DNA of 63,939 bases, the filler included. It is 5 parts of 5 records of this genome, joined end to end, with 100 filler letters (N's around TTAATTAATTAA, not from the genome) between each part and the next. Parts side by side here need not be neighbours in the genome. Positions count along the whole stretch, not along the records: positions 29,042 to 42,307 come from SRR33789315_3; positions 42,408 to 57,790 come from SRR33789315_4; 3 more parts are not named here. The stretch is one strand, 5' to 3'. A program made the position numbers and the translations under genes. The notes under the pieces are model-generated. The model was not told the DNA's origin, did not search any database, and saw only the letters and a list, made by a program, of their open reading frames with translations. This document shows positions 41,439-49,647 of the stretch, in pieces. Every line of letters begins with the position of its first letter. Position 1 is the first letter of the stretch.

Positions 41439-41452
41439 CGCAATCGATTGCG
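41439..41452. promoter_or_regulatory. LacI-type operator candidate
   Basis: Perfect palindrome CGCAATCGATTGCG with central CG, 28 nt upstream of the T9SS gene start. Confidence 0.6.
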
Positions 41453-41520
41453 AACTATAAAGTTATATAAGCAATTTTAAAAAAACTAATGATTTATTCA
41501 CAATTTTTAAGCATAAAAAT

Positions 41521-41550
41521 TCAAAAACCACCATAAAAGGTGGGTTTTGA
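41521..41550 (-). terminator. Terminator after atpC
   Basis: TCAAAAACCACC-ATAAAA-GGTGGGTTTTGA. Confidence 0.7.
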
Positions 41551-41572
41551 CTAAAATTATGTTCAAAATGTT

Positions 41573-41854
41573 TTAATCTGCCAAAATAATGACACGATTA
41601 TCTTTCATTTCAATAGTACCAGAATCTATTTTTAATATGAATTCTGAGCTATCTTTTCCTTTTATAAATTTACTGCTCAAAGATTTAGCAGCAATATTAA
41701 CTCCTTGTATTTTCACATTACCTTGCTCAAGAAGAGAAACAATGGGTGCGTGATTATCCAATAACTGGAATTCGCCATCTACTCCTGGCAGTGTTACTGA
41801 ACTAACTTCACCACTATACAAGGTTGCTTCTGGACTTACTATTTCTAAGTGCAT
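41573..41854 (-). CDS. atpC: ATP synthase epsilon subunit (short form)
   Basis: LEIVSPE, LPG.DGEF..L..HAP; directly after atpD. Confidence 0.92.
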   Translation of the reverse strand: MHLEIVSPEATLYSGEVSSVTLPGVDGEFQLLDNHAPIVSLLEQGNVKIQGVNIAAKSLSSKFIKGKDSSEFILKIDSGTIEMKDNRVIILAD

Positions 41855-41904
41855 AACAAATTTATTTATACCCCTATTATTTCGAGGCTATTATAATTAA
41901 AAAA

Positions 41905-42307
<403 letters not shown>

Positions 42308-42407
42308 NNNNNNNNNNNNNNNNNNNNNNNNNNNNNNNNNNNNNNNNNNNNTTAATTAATTAANNNNNNNNNNNNNNNNNNNNNNNNNNNNNNNNNNNNN
42401 NNNNNNN
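42308..42407. other. Artificial contig linker
   Basis: N44-TTAATTAATTAA-N44. Confidence 0.99.
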
Positions 42408-42804
42408 ATCCTAATTGATCAATTAGGATTCCCCAGGAAATAGCTTCTTTGCCTATCAATGCATCAAGAAGTGGTAGACCTACAAATGATGTATTGCCTA
42501 ACCCTGCGGTAAGGATGATGGCCCCGGTTCTAGCTTTAGACCAATTTCGTGCTTTTCCTATTTGACTGAAAACGAGCCATGATAAAGCGAAAGTTATCCA
42601 AGCCATTGAAATGGGAATGATAACTTTGAGATCAAAAACAGTAGTTTGAAAAAGTTTTGGTATATTAAGAAAAACTACAGCAGGAAAAGACACACAAATA
42701 ACAAATGCATTTAAAACTTTGTGTGAATAGGTTGGGAATCGTGATGAAAACTTAAGAGCAAAGCCAAGAATAAACGAAGCAAATATTAAAAAAAAATTAT
42801 CCAT
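42408..42804 (-). CDS. AEC (auxin efflux carrier) family transporter, 5' part
   Basis: LNAFVI...PA, GNTSFVGLP motif; truncated by contig end. Confidence 0.85.
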
Positions 42805-42810
42805 GAAGAA

Positions 42811-43956
42811 TTATAACTTAAATATCTGCATTATCTTCATAATATTTAAATCATTTTTCTCCCCTAAAGTATTCATCTTTAGAGCTTTCAGACGAGACAT
42901 CATTTTAAAAGCTAAGTCTGTTCCTACTTCTGGATACGAAGAAAATGAAGTTGGAACCCCAAGGCTCTCGAAAAAATCATCTGTGGCTTTTAACGTACGC
43001 TCAAAGGCAACTTCTGGATCTGAGTCATGAATGTCAAAAACTCTTTGTCCGTACTGGAGCATCTTCTCCATTTTATTCTCTTTTCTTAAACGCATGTTCT
43101 TAGACCATACCAAAGCCAGAGTTCTAGCGTGATCTATTCCATAAATAGAAGTGAGCTGATGACCTAAGGCATGTGTTGACCAGTCACTTTCAACACCAAC
43201 ACCGATTAAATTATTTAATGCCATCGAGGTACACCAAAACATACTTGCTCTATGGTCTAGGTTTTGTGGGTCATTATAAGTTTTAGGGCCAACTTCAATG
43301 AGTGTTTTAAGAATAGATTCACTGAAGCGGTCTTGAAGTGGAGCTGATTGAGGATAAGTTAGATACTGCTCCAACACATGAACATAAGCATCGACAACAC
43401 CATTGCCAATATAATGCTTTGGAAGCGACAGAGTTAGACTAGGATCTAAAATTGAAAATACAGGATAGTTCTTTGAATTAAAGATTCCTACTTTACTGCC
43501 TTTATAACTCATAACAGAGCCTGAATTCATCTCGCTTCCAGTGGCAGGAAGTGTCGAAATGGTCGCAAACGGCATTGGATCAACGGTCTCGGCTTCATTC
43601 TCATTGAGAAGCTCATTGGGTTTACCAGCATACTTTGTAGCAATCGCAATAAATTTGGCACAATCAATAACCGAGCCACCACCAACGGCCAAAATAAAAG
43701 TGATTTTATGATCTTTTACTTTTTGCACGACATCGAGGGCAAAATCGAAATCCGGATTTGGAGTAACACCGGAAGCTTCAACTACATCAAAGCCCTTTAA
43801 GAGTTCAGTGACTTTCTTATAAGTTCCATTGTCTTTAATGCTTTTAGAACCATATAAAAGAAGAATTTTTTCTTTTGGAAGTAATTCGGACAAATTTGAT
43901 AAAGATTGATCACCAAAAATAATTTTAGTGGGATTATGATAAATAAAGCTGTCCAT
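42811..43956 (-). CDS. Iron-containing alcohol/aldehyde dehydrogenase (YqhD/BdhA-like)
   Basis: NPTKIIFG, GGGSVIDCAK, TLPATGSEMN, DWSTH..GH, HA.TL; real start MDSF at 43956 with AGGA RBS. Confidence 0.92.
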   Translation of the reverse strand: MDSFIYHNPTKIIFGDQSLSNLSELLPKEKILLLYGSKSIKDNGTYKKVTELLKGFDVVEASGVTPNPDFDFALDVVQKVKDHKITFILAVGGGSVIDCAKFIAIATKYAGKPNELLNENEAETVDPMPFATISTLPATGSEMNSGSVMSYKGSKVGIFNSKNYPVFSILDPSLTLSLPKHYIGNGVVDAYVHVLEQYLTYPQSAPLQDRFSESILKTLIEVGPKTYNDPQNLDHRASMFWCTSMALNNLIGVGVESDWSTHALGHQLTSIYGIDHARTLALVWSKNMRLRKENKMEKMLQYGQRVFDIHDSDPEVAFERTLKATDDFFESLGVPTSFSSYPEVGTDLAFKMMSRLKALKMNTLGEKNDLNIMKIMQIFKL

Positions 43957-43963
43957 AATTATC

Positions 43964-45028
43964 CTAAAGTAAAATGACGTCTGCGAGACCAACACCATTA
44001 AAGTCATGATTCCAAGCAAGTGAATATCCAGAGATATTATCAAAAATAACATGATCACCAATTGCTAAGTTCAAAGCCGAAGTTAAGTCAGTAATAAGTA
44101 AGCAATCATCTTCATAAGCTGTTTGACCGTAAAACTTAACCTTACCATCAATATTTTGTTGAGAAGACTTTGAATTTGAGAAAATATAAAACGTTGATGG
44201 CCATGACCATTTAAGGTGGGATTCATGTGAGAGATTCGTAAGGATATGTGTACAATCATTTCTCTGTCTAATGGAGAGGACTTTAGCAACGGCATAACTT
44301 GAAGCTTTAAAGAAATAACGTCCAGCTTCTAAAATAATTTGAAAATCTAGGTCTTTTACAAAATCAAATAATTTCTTAAAATCCTCCGTCGAGAATTTAT
44401 TTACACCGCCGCCAATATTAAAAACTTTAACCGTTGGAAGATGAGCCTTGGCGAGCTTAACACATGAACTTATTGAGTCGATTAAGTCTGATACAGTAGT
44501 TTTTTCAAATCCAATATGAAAATGCAATTGAACTATTTTTGATGAAAGACTTTTATCCTGGATAAGTGTTTTGACTTCTTCTTGGGTAAGGCCAAAACGA
44601 CTTTTTTGGGCTTGTTCAAGTTTCAAGTCAGGCTGAACTCGAAGTGAAACTTGTGAAAAGCTCTTGGCTAACTCTGTTTGTTCGATATAACCAAGGTCAA
44701 AGAGATTATTAATTCTTTCGCTACTTTTGTTCATAGGTCTAAAAGAATTTGAAATGAGCAGAGTGTGATCTGGCGATAATGACGGCTCAACGACGCTAAG
44801 CTCATTTTCATTAGATATTTCAAAACCACTTAAATAGGGAGAAATTCTTTTAAGAAAATCAATATTGGGACAAGACTTCACTGGAAAGGTTAACGCAAAG
44901 TTTTTGGGAGCGAGATTCAATAAGTTCTTATAATTCTCAATGATAGTATTACTATCAATAAAGATCGTAGGTGTATCTGGTGTTTTATAGGTCTGGAGCA
45001 AAATTTGTTTTTTTATTAGATTATTCAT
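43964..45028 (-). CDS. Fold-type III PLP enzyme (Orn/DAP/Arg decarboxylase family), divergent
   Basis: FPVKSCP (PLP Lys), SRFG, HFHIG, NIGGG, EAGRY, GQTAYEDD, GYS...FNG. Confidence 0.8.
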   Translation of the reverse strand: MNNLIKKQILLQTYKTPDTPTIFIDSNTIIENYKNLLNLAPKNFALTFPVKSCPNIDFLKRISPYLSGFEISNENELSVVEPSLSPDHTLLISNSFRPMNKSSERINNLFDLGYIEQTELAKSFSQVSLRVQPDLKLEQAQKSRFGLTQEEVKTLIQDKSLSSKIVQLHFHIGFEKTTVSDLIDSISSCVKLAKAHLPTVKVFNIGGGVNKFSTEDFKKLFDFVKDLDFQIILEAGRYFFKASSYAVAKVLSIRQRNDCTHILTNLSHESHLKWSWPSTFYIFSNSKSSQQNIDGKVKFYGQTAYEDDCLLITDLTSALNLAIGDHVIFDNISGYSLAWNHDFNGVGLADVILL

Positions 45029-46758
45029 TTTTTGCTAATTAAAAAATCTCCAAGAAACATGGATTTAATTTTTGTATCATTCATAAAGTCGACAGCATCA
45101 TGAATGGTCTCAAGTATAGGTTTTCCCATGATATTTAAACTCGTATTTAACAGAAGGCCATGACCTTGAAGCTTTTTAACTTCATTTATCAAATCATAAT
45201 AACGTTGATTTTGCTTTCTATTAACAGTTTGGATTCGACATGTTTGATCTACATGAGTGACTTCTGTTAAAAGAGCTGCATATTGAGATTTCACATGTGG
45301 AGCAAATGACATATAAGGCATATGATAATTCTCAGGACAGTCAAAATATTTGTGCGCATCTTCAAGCAATACAGAGCAGCCGTAAGGTCTAAAGCTTTCT
45401 CTGAACTTAATATTATCGTTAAGTTCTTGTTTTCGACCAGCAATTCCAGGAAGACTTAAAATACTTCTGTTTCCAAGTGCTCTTGGGCCACATTCACTTC
45501 TGCCTTGAAACCAAGCGATGATTTCACCTTGAGAAATTAACTTGGCTGCAATTTGAGATGGATTCTCTACTTTTTCGACTTTATGATTAGTAAATAGTTC
45601 TCGAAGTTTTGCTTCGTTATCAATTCCATGAATTGACTTCTTGCTACCAAGATAAGGATTGATATCTTCAACTTTGCTTGGTGAAAATGTTTCAAATCCC
45701 TTTGTAATAGCTTTGTAATAAGCCGTACCAAGGCTTATTCCCTCATCATTTGGACAAGGAGGAATAAAGACGTGATCAAAGAGTTTCTCTTTTACAATTT
45801 TTGAAACAGTCAAACAGTTAAGGGCACATCCACCCATGAGATTTATATTTCTATAATCAGGATAGTTTTTTGTAATATCATGAACACAGGCCATGATTGT
45901 CTCTTCAAAGTAGTCTTGAATACTTCGTGCAAGATTTGCACTTCTTTCAAAATGTGCTGATGGCTGCTCATTAAATGCATTCATGCCTTTGTAGACATGG
46001 CGAGGTTTTTGAAATTCTGAGTGTAGAAATTGGTAATAGTCATTTTCTAGCTTTTGAGACTTCCCATAAGCAGACAAACCCATGACCTTACCTGAATCAG
46101 TCCATGCGCCAAATACATAATTAGCCACAGCGCCATAGAAACTACCAAGTCCTTGATTAAGAAAAATCCCTGGTTTAACGACGGGACAGTATCTTCCCCA
46201 TATTTTCTTAACAAGCTTTAGATTTTGTCCATCTTGAAGATAAACTGAAATTGATTCAAAAACTTTTTCATTTTCATTAGTGTGTATTTTATTTTCGTCA
46301 TCGTTAATGATTTTATTGTAGATATCACCATTAGAGCCAATTCCGTCTGCAACGAGAATGATTGATTTTTCAAAAGGACTAAAATACAAAGCACAATAAG
46401 CATGGGCCAAATGGTGTGAGATTTCAGTGATAGATGGATTAGTCAGTGAAGAGAAGTTTTCTGCGCCAAGGGTCTTAAGCATTTGAGTATAGCTTTTCAT
46501 TTCTAAATATATTTCTTCTTTATGCTTAGCTCCTTGAGCGTAGCTATTAATGGCAAACTGACTTTTATCAGTTAAGAGAATTTTTTTATTTTCAATGATA
46601 AGATTTTTTAAGACATGAATAGGAAAATAGTACTGATTTTTAATTTTACTATAGCGTTCTGATTCATAGACGACTGCTTTTTCAGAGTGACACTGACTAG
46701 AATCAATTACAGCAATACTGGCATCATGACCTACATTTATGCCAACAGATAAACTCAC
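45025..46758 (-). CDS. O-carbamoyltransferase (NodU/CmcH/TobZ family)
   Basis: HDAS, ERY, HHLAHA, DGIG, GKVMGLSAYG, GGCALN, GPRALGNRS, KFRESFRP, LNTSLN. Confidence 0.93.
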   Translation of the reverse strand: MSLSVGINVGHDASIAVIDSSQCHSEKAVVYESERYSKIKNQYYFPIHVLKNLIIENKKILLTDKSQFAINSYAQGAKHKEEIYLEMKSYTQMLKTLGAENFSSLTNPSITEISHHLAHAYCALYFSPFEKSIILVADGIGSNGDIYNKIINDDENKIHTNENEKVFESISVYLQDGQNLKLVKKIWGRYCPVVKPGIFLNQGLGSFYGAVANYVFGAWTDSGKVMGLSAYGKSQKLENDYYQFLHSEFQKPRHVYKGMNAFNEQPSAHFERSANLARSIQDYFEETIMACVHDITKNYPDYRNINLMGGCALNCLTVSKIVKEKLFDHVFIPPCPNDEGISLGTAYYKAITKGFETFSPSKVEDINPYLGSKKSIHGIDNEAKLRELFTNHKVEKVENPSQIAAKLISQGEIIAWFQGRSECGPRALGNRSILSLPGIAGRKQELNDNIKFRESFRPYGCSVLLEDAHKYFDCPENYHMPYMSFAPHVKSQYAALLTEVTHVDQTCRIQTVNRKQNQRYYDLINEVKKLQGHGLLLNTSLNIMGKPILETIHDAVDFMNDTKIKSMFLGDFLISKK

Positions 46759-47012
46759 TCAAAAAAACCTAGCTTTTTAAACTCTTCGATTGTTTCTGTT
46801 ACAAAAGTATTAACTTCCGAATCAGACTTGCTTGGAAGTTTTGACTTAATATCCGTATTAATTTCCGCAGTTGATTTTTCTTGAGAAATAAGTTGAAAAA
46901 CATGAGCAACAGACTTTTCTAGCGTATAAACATTATTGTCATCATCAAGTTTTAAAACCTTAATTTCGTTTTCGTTGATTTGATTAAAAGCAATATTTGA
47001 ACTTAGTTTCAT
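46755..47012 (-). CDS. Stand-alone PqqD-family protein / RiPP recognition element (85 aa)
   Basis: Start MKLSS at 47012 with AAGGA RBS; beta-beta-beta then helices pattern (VLKLDDDNNVYTL...VFQLI...EI...FVTETIEEFKKLGFFE). Confidence 0.75.
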   Translation of the reverse strand: MKLSSNIAFNQINENEIKVLKLDDDNNVYTLEKSVAHVFQLISQEKSTAEINTDIKSKLPSKSDSEVNTFVTETIEEFKKLGFFE

Positions 47013-47085
47013 TGTTAATCCTTTATGATGAGATAAATAGCTTAACTTTAAACCTGTGCATTTTAAAGCATAAGTACGTGTTTTT

Positions 47086-47739
47086 TTAAAAAGGGTATTG
47101 GCCACTAAGAAAGGTAGTTAAAGTAATTCTGCGTCCTGTTTCTATCGTGGTGACTCTGTGTGGCAATATCGAAGGGAAATAGACGACATCGCCTTTAGCC
47201 TTAAGAGGAACTTTTAGCCAAAATCCAAAGGCATTTTGAATTTCGAGTTGGCCCCCAGTGTAGTCTTTTCCTAGTTCAGACATATGAATGACCTGAGTTA
47301 AAAGTCGGCCCATTTTTGAGTCATCTGGAGATGGATCTTTGTCTCCTCTAGATCTCACGCCATCATTATGCTCGCCGATATAACCGCCTTGATTGAACGT
47401 CACGAACTCATACGGATCAAGTCTAGTCAGTGGAGCGAATTTCCATTTTTGGGCATTAGTGCCTACAAGAAGACTTTCGAGACTTTGATCAAGCCATAGA
47501 AGTTCTTTATTGTAATAGGTGACACTATTATTTGAAGCCGTCGATTCTAATTGCAGCTTATGACCATCTTTATCTTTTTGCTCATATTGGCTTTTATAAA
47601 GGGGAACTGGTTTTGAGTCATAGTTAATCTTAAGACTATCAAGTTTTTCAATAGTTTCAGGCTGGATACAATTAGGAATATAATGGAAAGGTATTTTAAA
47701 GTTTAAAAATTCTTTCCAAAACAGTAGATCTTCGTTCAT
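47086..47739 (-). CDS. 2OG-Fe(II) oxygenase (prolyl-4-hydroxylase-like)
   Basis: HND (HxD), YTGGQL, GDVVYFPS..PHRV...GRR.T. Confidence 0.9.
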   Translation of the reverse strand: MNEDLLFWKEFLNFKIPFHYIPNCIQPETIEKLDSLKINYDSKPVPLYKSQYEQKDKDGHKLQLESTASNNSVTYYNKELLWLDQSLESLLVGTNAQKWKFAPLTRLDPYEFVTFNQGGYIGEHNDGVRSRGDKDPSPDDSKMGRLLTQVIHMSELGKDYTGGQLEIQNAFGFWLKVPLKAKGDVVYFPSILPHRVTTIETGRRITLTTFLSGQYPF

Positions 47740-47755
47740 AAGATTTTTGGAACTA

Positions 47756-47929
47756 TTATTTTCTTCTTCTTCTTCTTCTTCTTGCAGCTGCCATTAAGTC
47801 GACATCGAAGTATTCATTCAGATTTTCGCTAACAATGCGACCAAACTCTCGAAAGTCTTTGTGAACTTTAAGTTCACTTGGCTTTTCTGTATTTGTTGAC
47901 GCTTGCTTTGTTTCTTTTTTGTTACTCAT
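47756..47929 (-). CDS. Candidate RiPP precursor peptide A1 (57 aa, poly-Arg C-terminus)
   Basis: MSNKKETKQASTNTEKPSELKVHKDFREFGRIVSENLNEYFDVDLMAAARRRRRRRK*; ATG 47929 preferred over TTG 47941; paralog adjacent. Confidence 0.8.
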   Translation of the reverse strand: MSNKKETKQASTNTEKPSELKVHKDFREFGRIVSENLNEYFDVDLMAAARRRRRRRK

Positions 47930-48098
47930 CTCTAACCCCAAATTGACCCTGTAAATAATCTTATAACGATATCTAAGATATAGTATAAAAGTTATTTAAA
48001 CTATTGAAAATCACACTACTAACTCTAGAACTATATGCCCATTTTCATTGGCTTCTTTTATCTAGTTAGACGATGCTTAGATCTATTGAAAGAGGCAA

Positions 48099-48275
48099 TT
48101 ATCTTTTTCTTCTTCTTCTTCTAGCAGTTGCAGCAAGATCGACATCAAAATATTCATTAAGATTTTCACTGACAATTCGACCGAAGTCATTGAAATCCTT
48201 GTGAATCTTAATTTCTGAAGCTTGAGATTTGGTCTCAGTTGCTAGGGTTTTAGAATTCTTATCATTTTTCTTCAT
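48099..48275 (-). CDS. Candidate RiPP precursor peptide A2 (58 aa, poly-Arg C-terminus), not in ORF track
   Basis: Hand translation MKKNDKNSKTLATETKSQASEIKIHKDFNDFGRIVSENLNEYFDVDLAATARRRRRKR*; 24/28 identical to A1 over the central motif. Confidence 0.8.
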   Translation of the reverse strand: MKKNDKNSKTLATETKSQASEIKIHKDFNDFGRIVSENLNEYFDVDLAATARRRRRKR

Positions 48276-48451
48276 ATACCAGGTCCCTATAAATCGTTTA
48301 GTGACTAAAATAACAAATTTATTAGTATTTATCTCTATCTAATAATTATAACCGAGTATCGCAATACACCTAATCTTTTCAACTTAATTTTTGTTTAATT
48401 TCTAAAAATCAAGTACTTCGCTTATCATAAGAGCTTAAATCGAGGAAAACG

Positions 48452-49645
48452 ATGAAAAGTTTAAGCCAATATTTTAAGGAGCGAGATGGAGCCTTGTCGC
48501 GATTTGGTGAAAGGTACGGGCTCGTCACACAGCTGCCATGTGTCAATTTGGCGAATTTCTACGCCCAACTTAAAAAATTAACTATTGATCTCGCTATTCC
48601 AGTGATGACAAATTTTGAAAATGAGTATGTTCAATACTTTGGTATAGAGCTTTATAGTCGATATCAAAGGCAGGGACACCTTATAAAGGATAAGAGAACC
48701 TTCTCTAAATTATATTCCCAAGACTTCAATCCAAATACTGACCATGAGCTGTTCTTTACTACGAATTGCCAATCAGCTCACTTTGGCCTGCTGCACGCTC
48801 TTAAGGCCTGCTTCCCCAAAGCGAGTCTCTTTAAGCCAACTGAGAAGTTGTATTTTGAATCGACCTATATACTAGAAAGGTATGAGGAAATTTTTAGTAG
48901 TAATAACTCGAATGAAACGATTGTCTTTCTAGACAGTACTTTTATTACTCGTGAGGAGCTCTTTTGTTTCGAAGAAGTTGACTCATGTGTCGCTATAATA
49001 TTTGATACGACATGCTTTGATCGACAATCTTCTCTCATCACTGATGTTGTAAGAAAAGCTCAGGAAAAAGCAATCCCCCTCATACTAACAAGAAGTCATT
49101 TGAAACTGGACTCTCTTGGCACTGAGTACGGCCCTTTGGGTTCAATCTTATTTCTCAATCAAGAGGAAGACTTAATTAAGAAGACTTGTTTTGAATATAT
49201 TTCTCATATGGGCGCATTTGCGACTATTTCACAGATTTATCCTTTTATCTTTGATCAGTCTCTAAAAGACATTGCATCTTTGAGAGTTGAAATGATTCAG
49301 GAGAATACTAAAAAGATATTCAATGGAGTCTATGAAGAAAATTGTCAGTCTGGCTTCTATCACCCAGAGCGCCTACATGGGCTTCATAATGTCTTTGTTT
49401 ACGATAGGGATAAAGTTAACTTTTATAAATTAGCAGAGAAGTTTGTCGCATTATCGAAGGTCTATAACGTTGAGTCTAAGTTTTGCGATAGCTTTGGATT
49501 TGATTTCTTTAGCCTAACAAATGTTGAATCGTGTGATTCTCTCAATAGAGGTTTTTTAAGATTCTGTAGTAGCATTAAGGCTGATGAAGTTGATGGATCA
49601 GTAAATGTCATTCGCTCTCTCGTTAAACAAATTGAAAAGACTTAA
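48452..49645 (+). CDS. Divergent fold-type I PLP-dependent enzyme (trans-sulfuration/lyase-like)
   Basis: IIFDTT (cf. DNT) followed by SHLK (SxxK), then LDSLG.EYG.LGS and C-terminal SFGF...LRF; GAGG RBS. Confidence 0.6.
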   Translation: MKSLSQYFKERDGALSRFGERYGLVTQLPCVNLANFYAQLKKLTIDLAIPVMTNFENEYVQYFGIELYSRYQRQGHLIKDKRTFSKLYSQDFNPNTDHELFFTTNCQSAHFGLLHALKACFPKASLFKPTEKLYFESTYILERYEEIFSSNNSNETIVFLDSTFITREELFCFEEVDSCVAIIFDTTCFDRQSSLITDVVRKAQEKAIPLILTRSHLKLDSLGTEYGPLGSILFLNQEEDLIKKTCFEYISHMGAFATISQIYPFIFDQSLKDIASLRVEMIQENTKKIFNGVYEENCQSGFYHPERLHGLHNVFVYDRDKVNFYKLAEKFVALSKVYNVESKFCDSFGFDFFSLTNVESCDSLNRGFLRFCSSIKADEVDGSVNVIRSLVKQIEKT

Positions 49646-49647
49646 CC

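Noticed and set aside
43957-44061. N-terminal extension of the dehydrogenase ORF overlapping the decarboxylase
   Set aside because: ORF-caller artefact; the family start (MDSFIYHNPTK) and RBS are at 43956
46755-47012. PQQ biosynthesis linked to the PQQ-dependent dehydrogenase at 912-2036
   Set aside because: Different contigs and organisms; no pqqB/C/E, and the peptides lack the PqqA ExxxY C-terminal context
47013-47105. 31-aa extension of the PqqD-like ORF
   Set aside because: Overlaps the oxygenase end; the RBS and domain size support the 47012 start
48047-48100. Imperfect hairpin just downstream of precursor A2 (ATTGGCTTCTTTTA...TGAAAGAGGCAAT)
   Set aside because: Pairing is weak and AT-rich; cannot be supported without a folding computation
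47756-48275. Peptides as Tat signals, ribosomal proteins or simple Arg attenuator leaders
   Set aside because: The Arg run is C-terminal with no hydrophobic region; no ribosomal-protein resemblance; no clear terminator/antiterminator or arg genes. Not fully excluded
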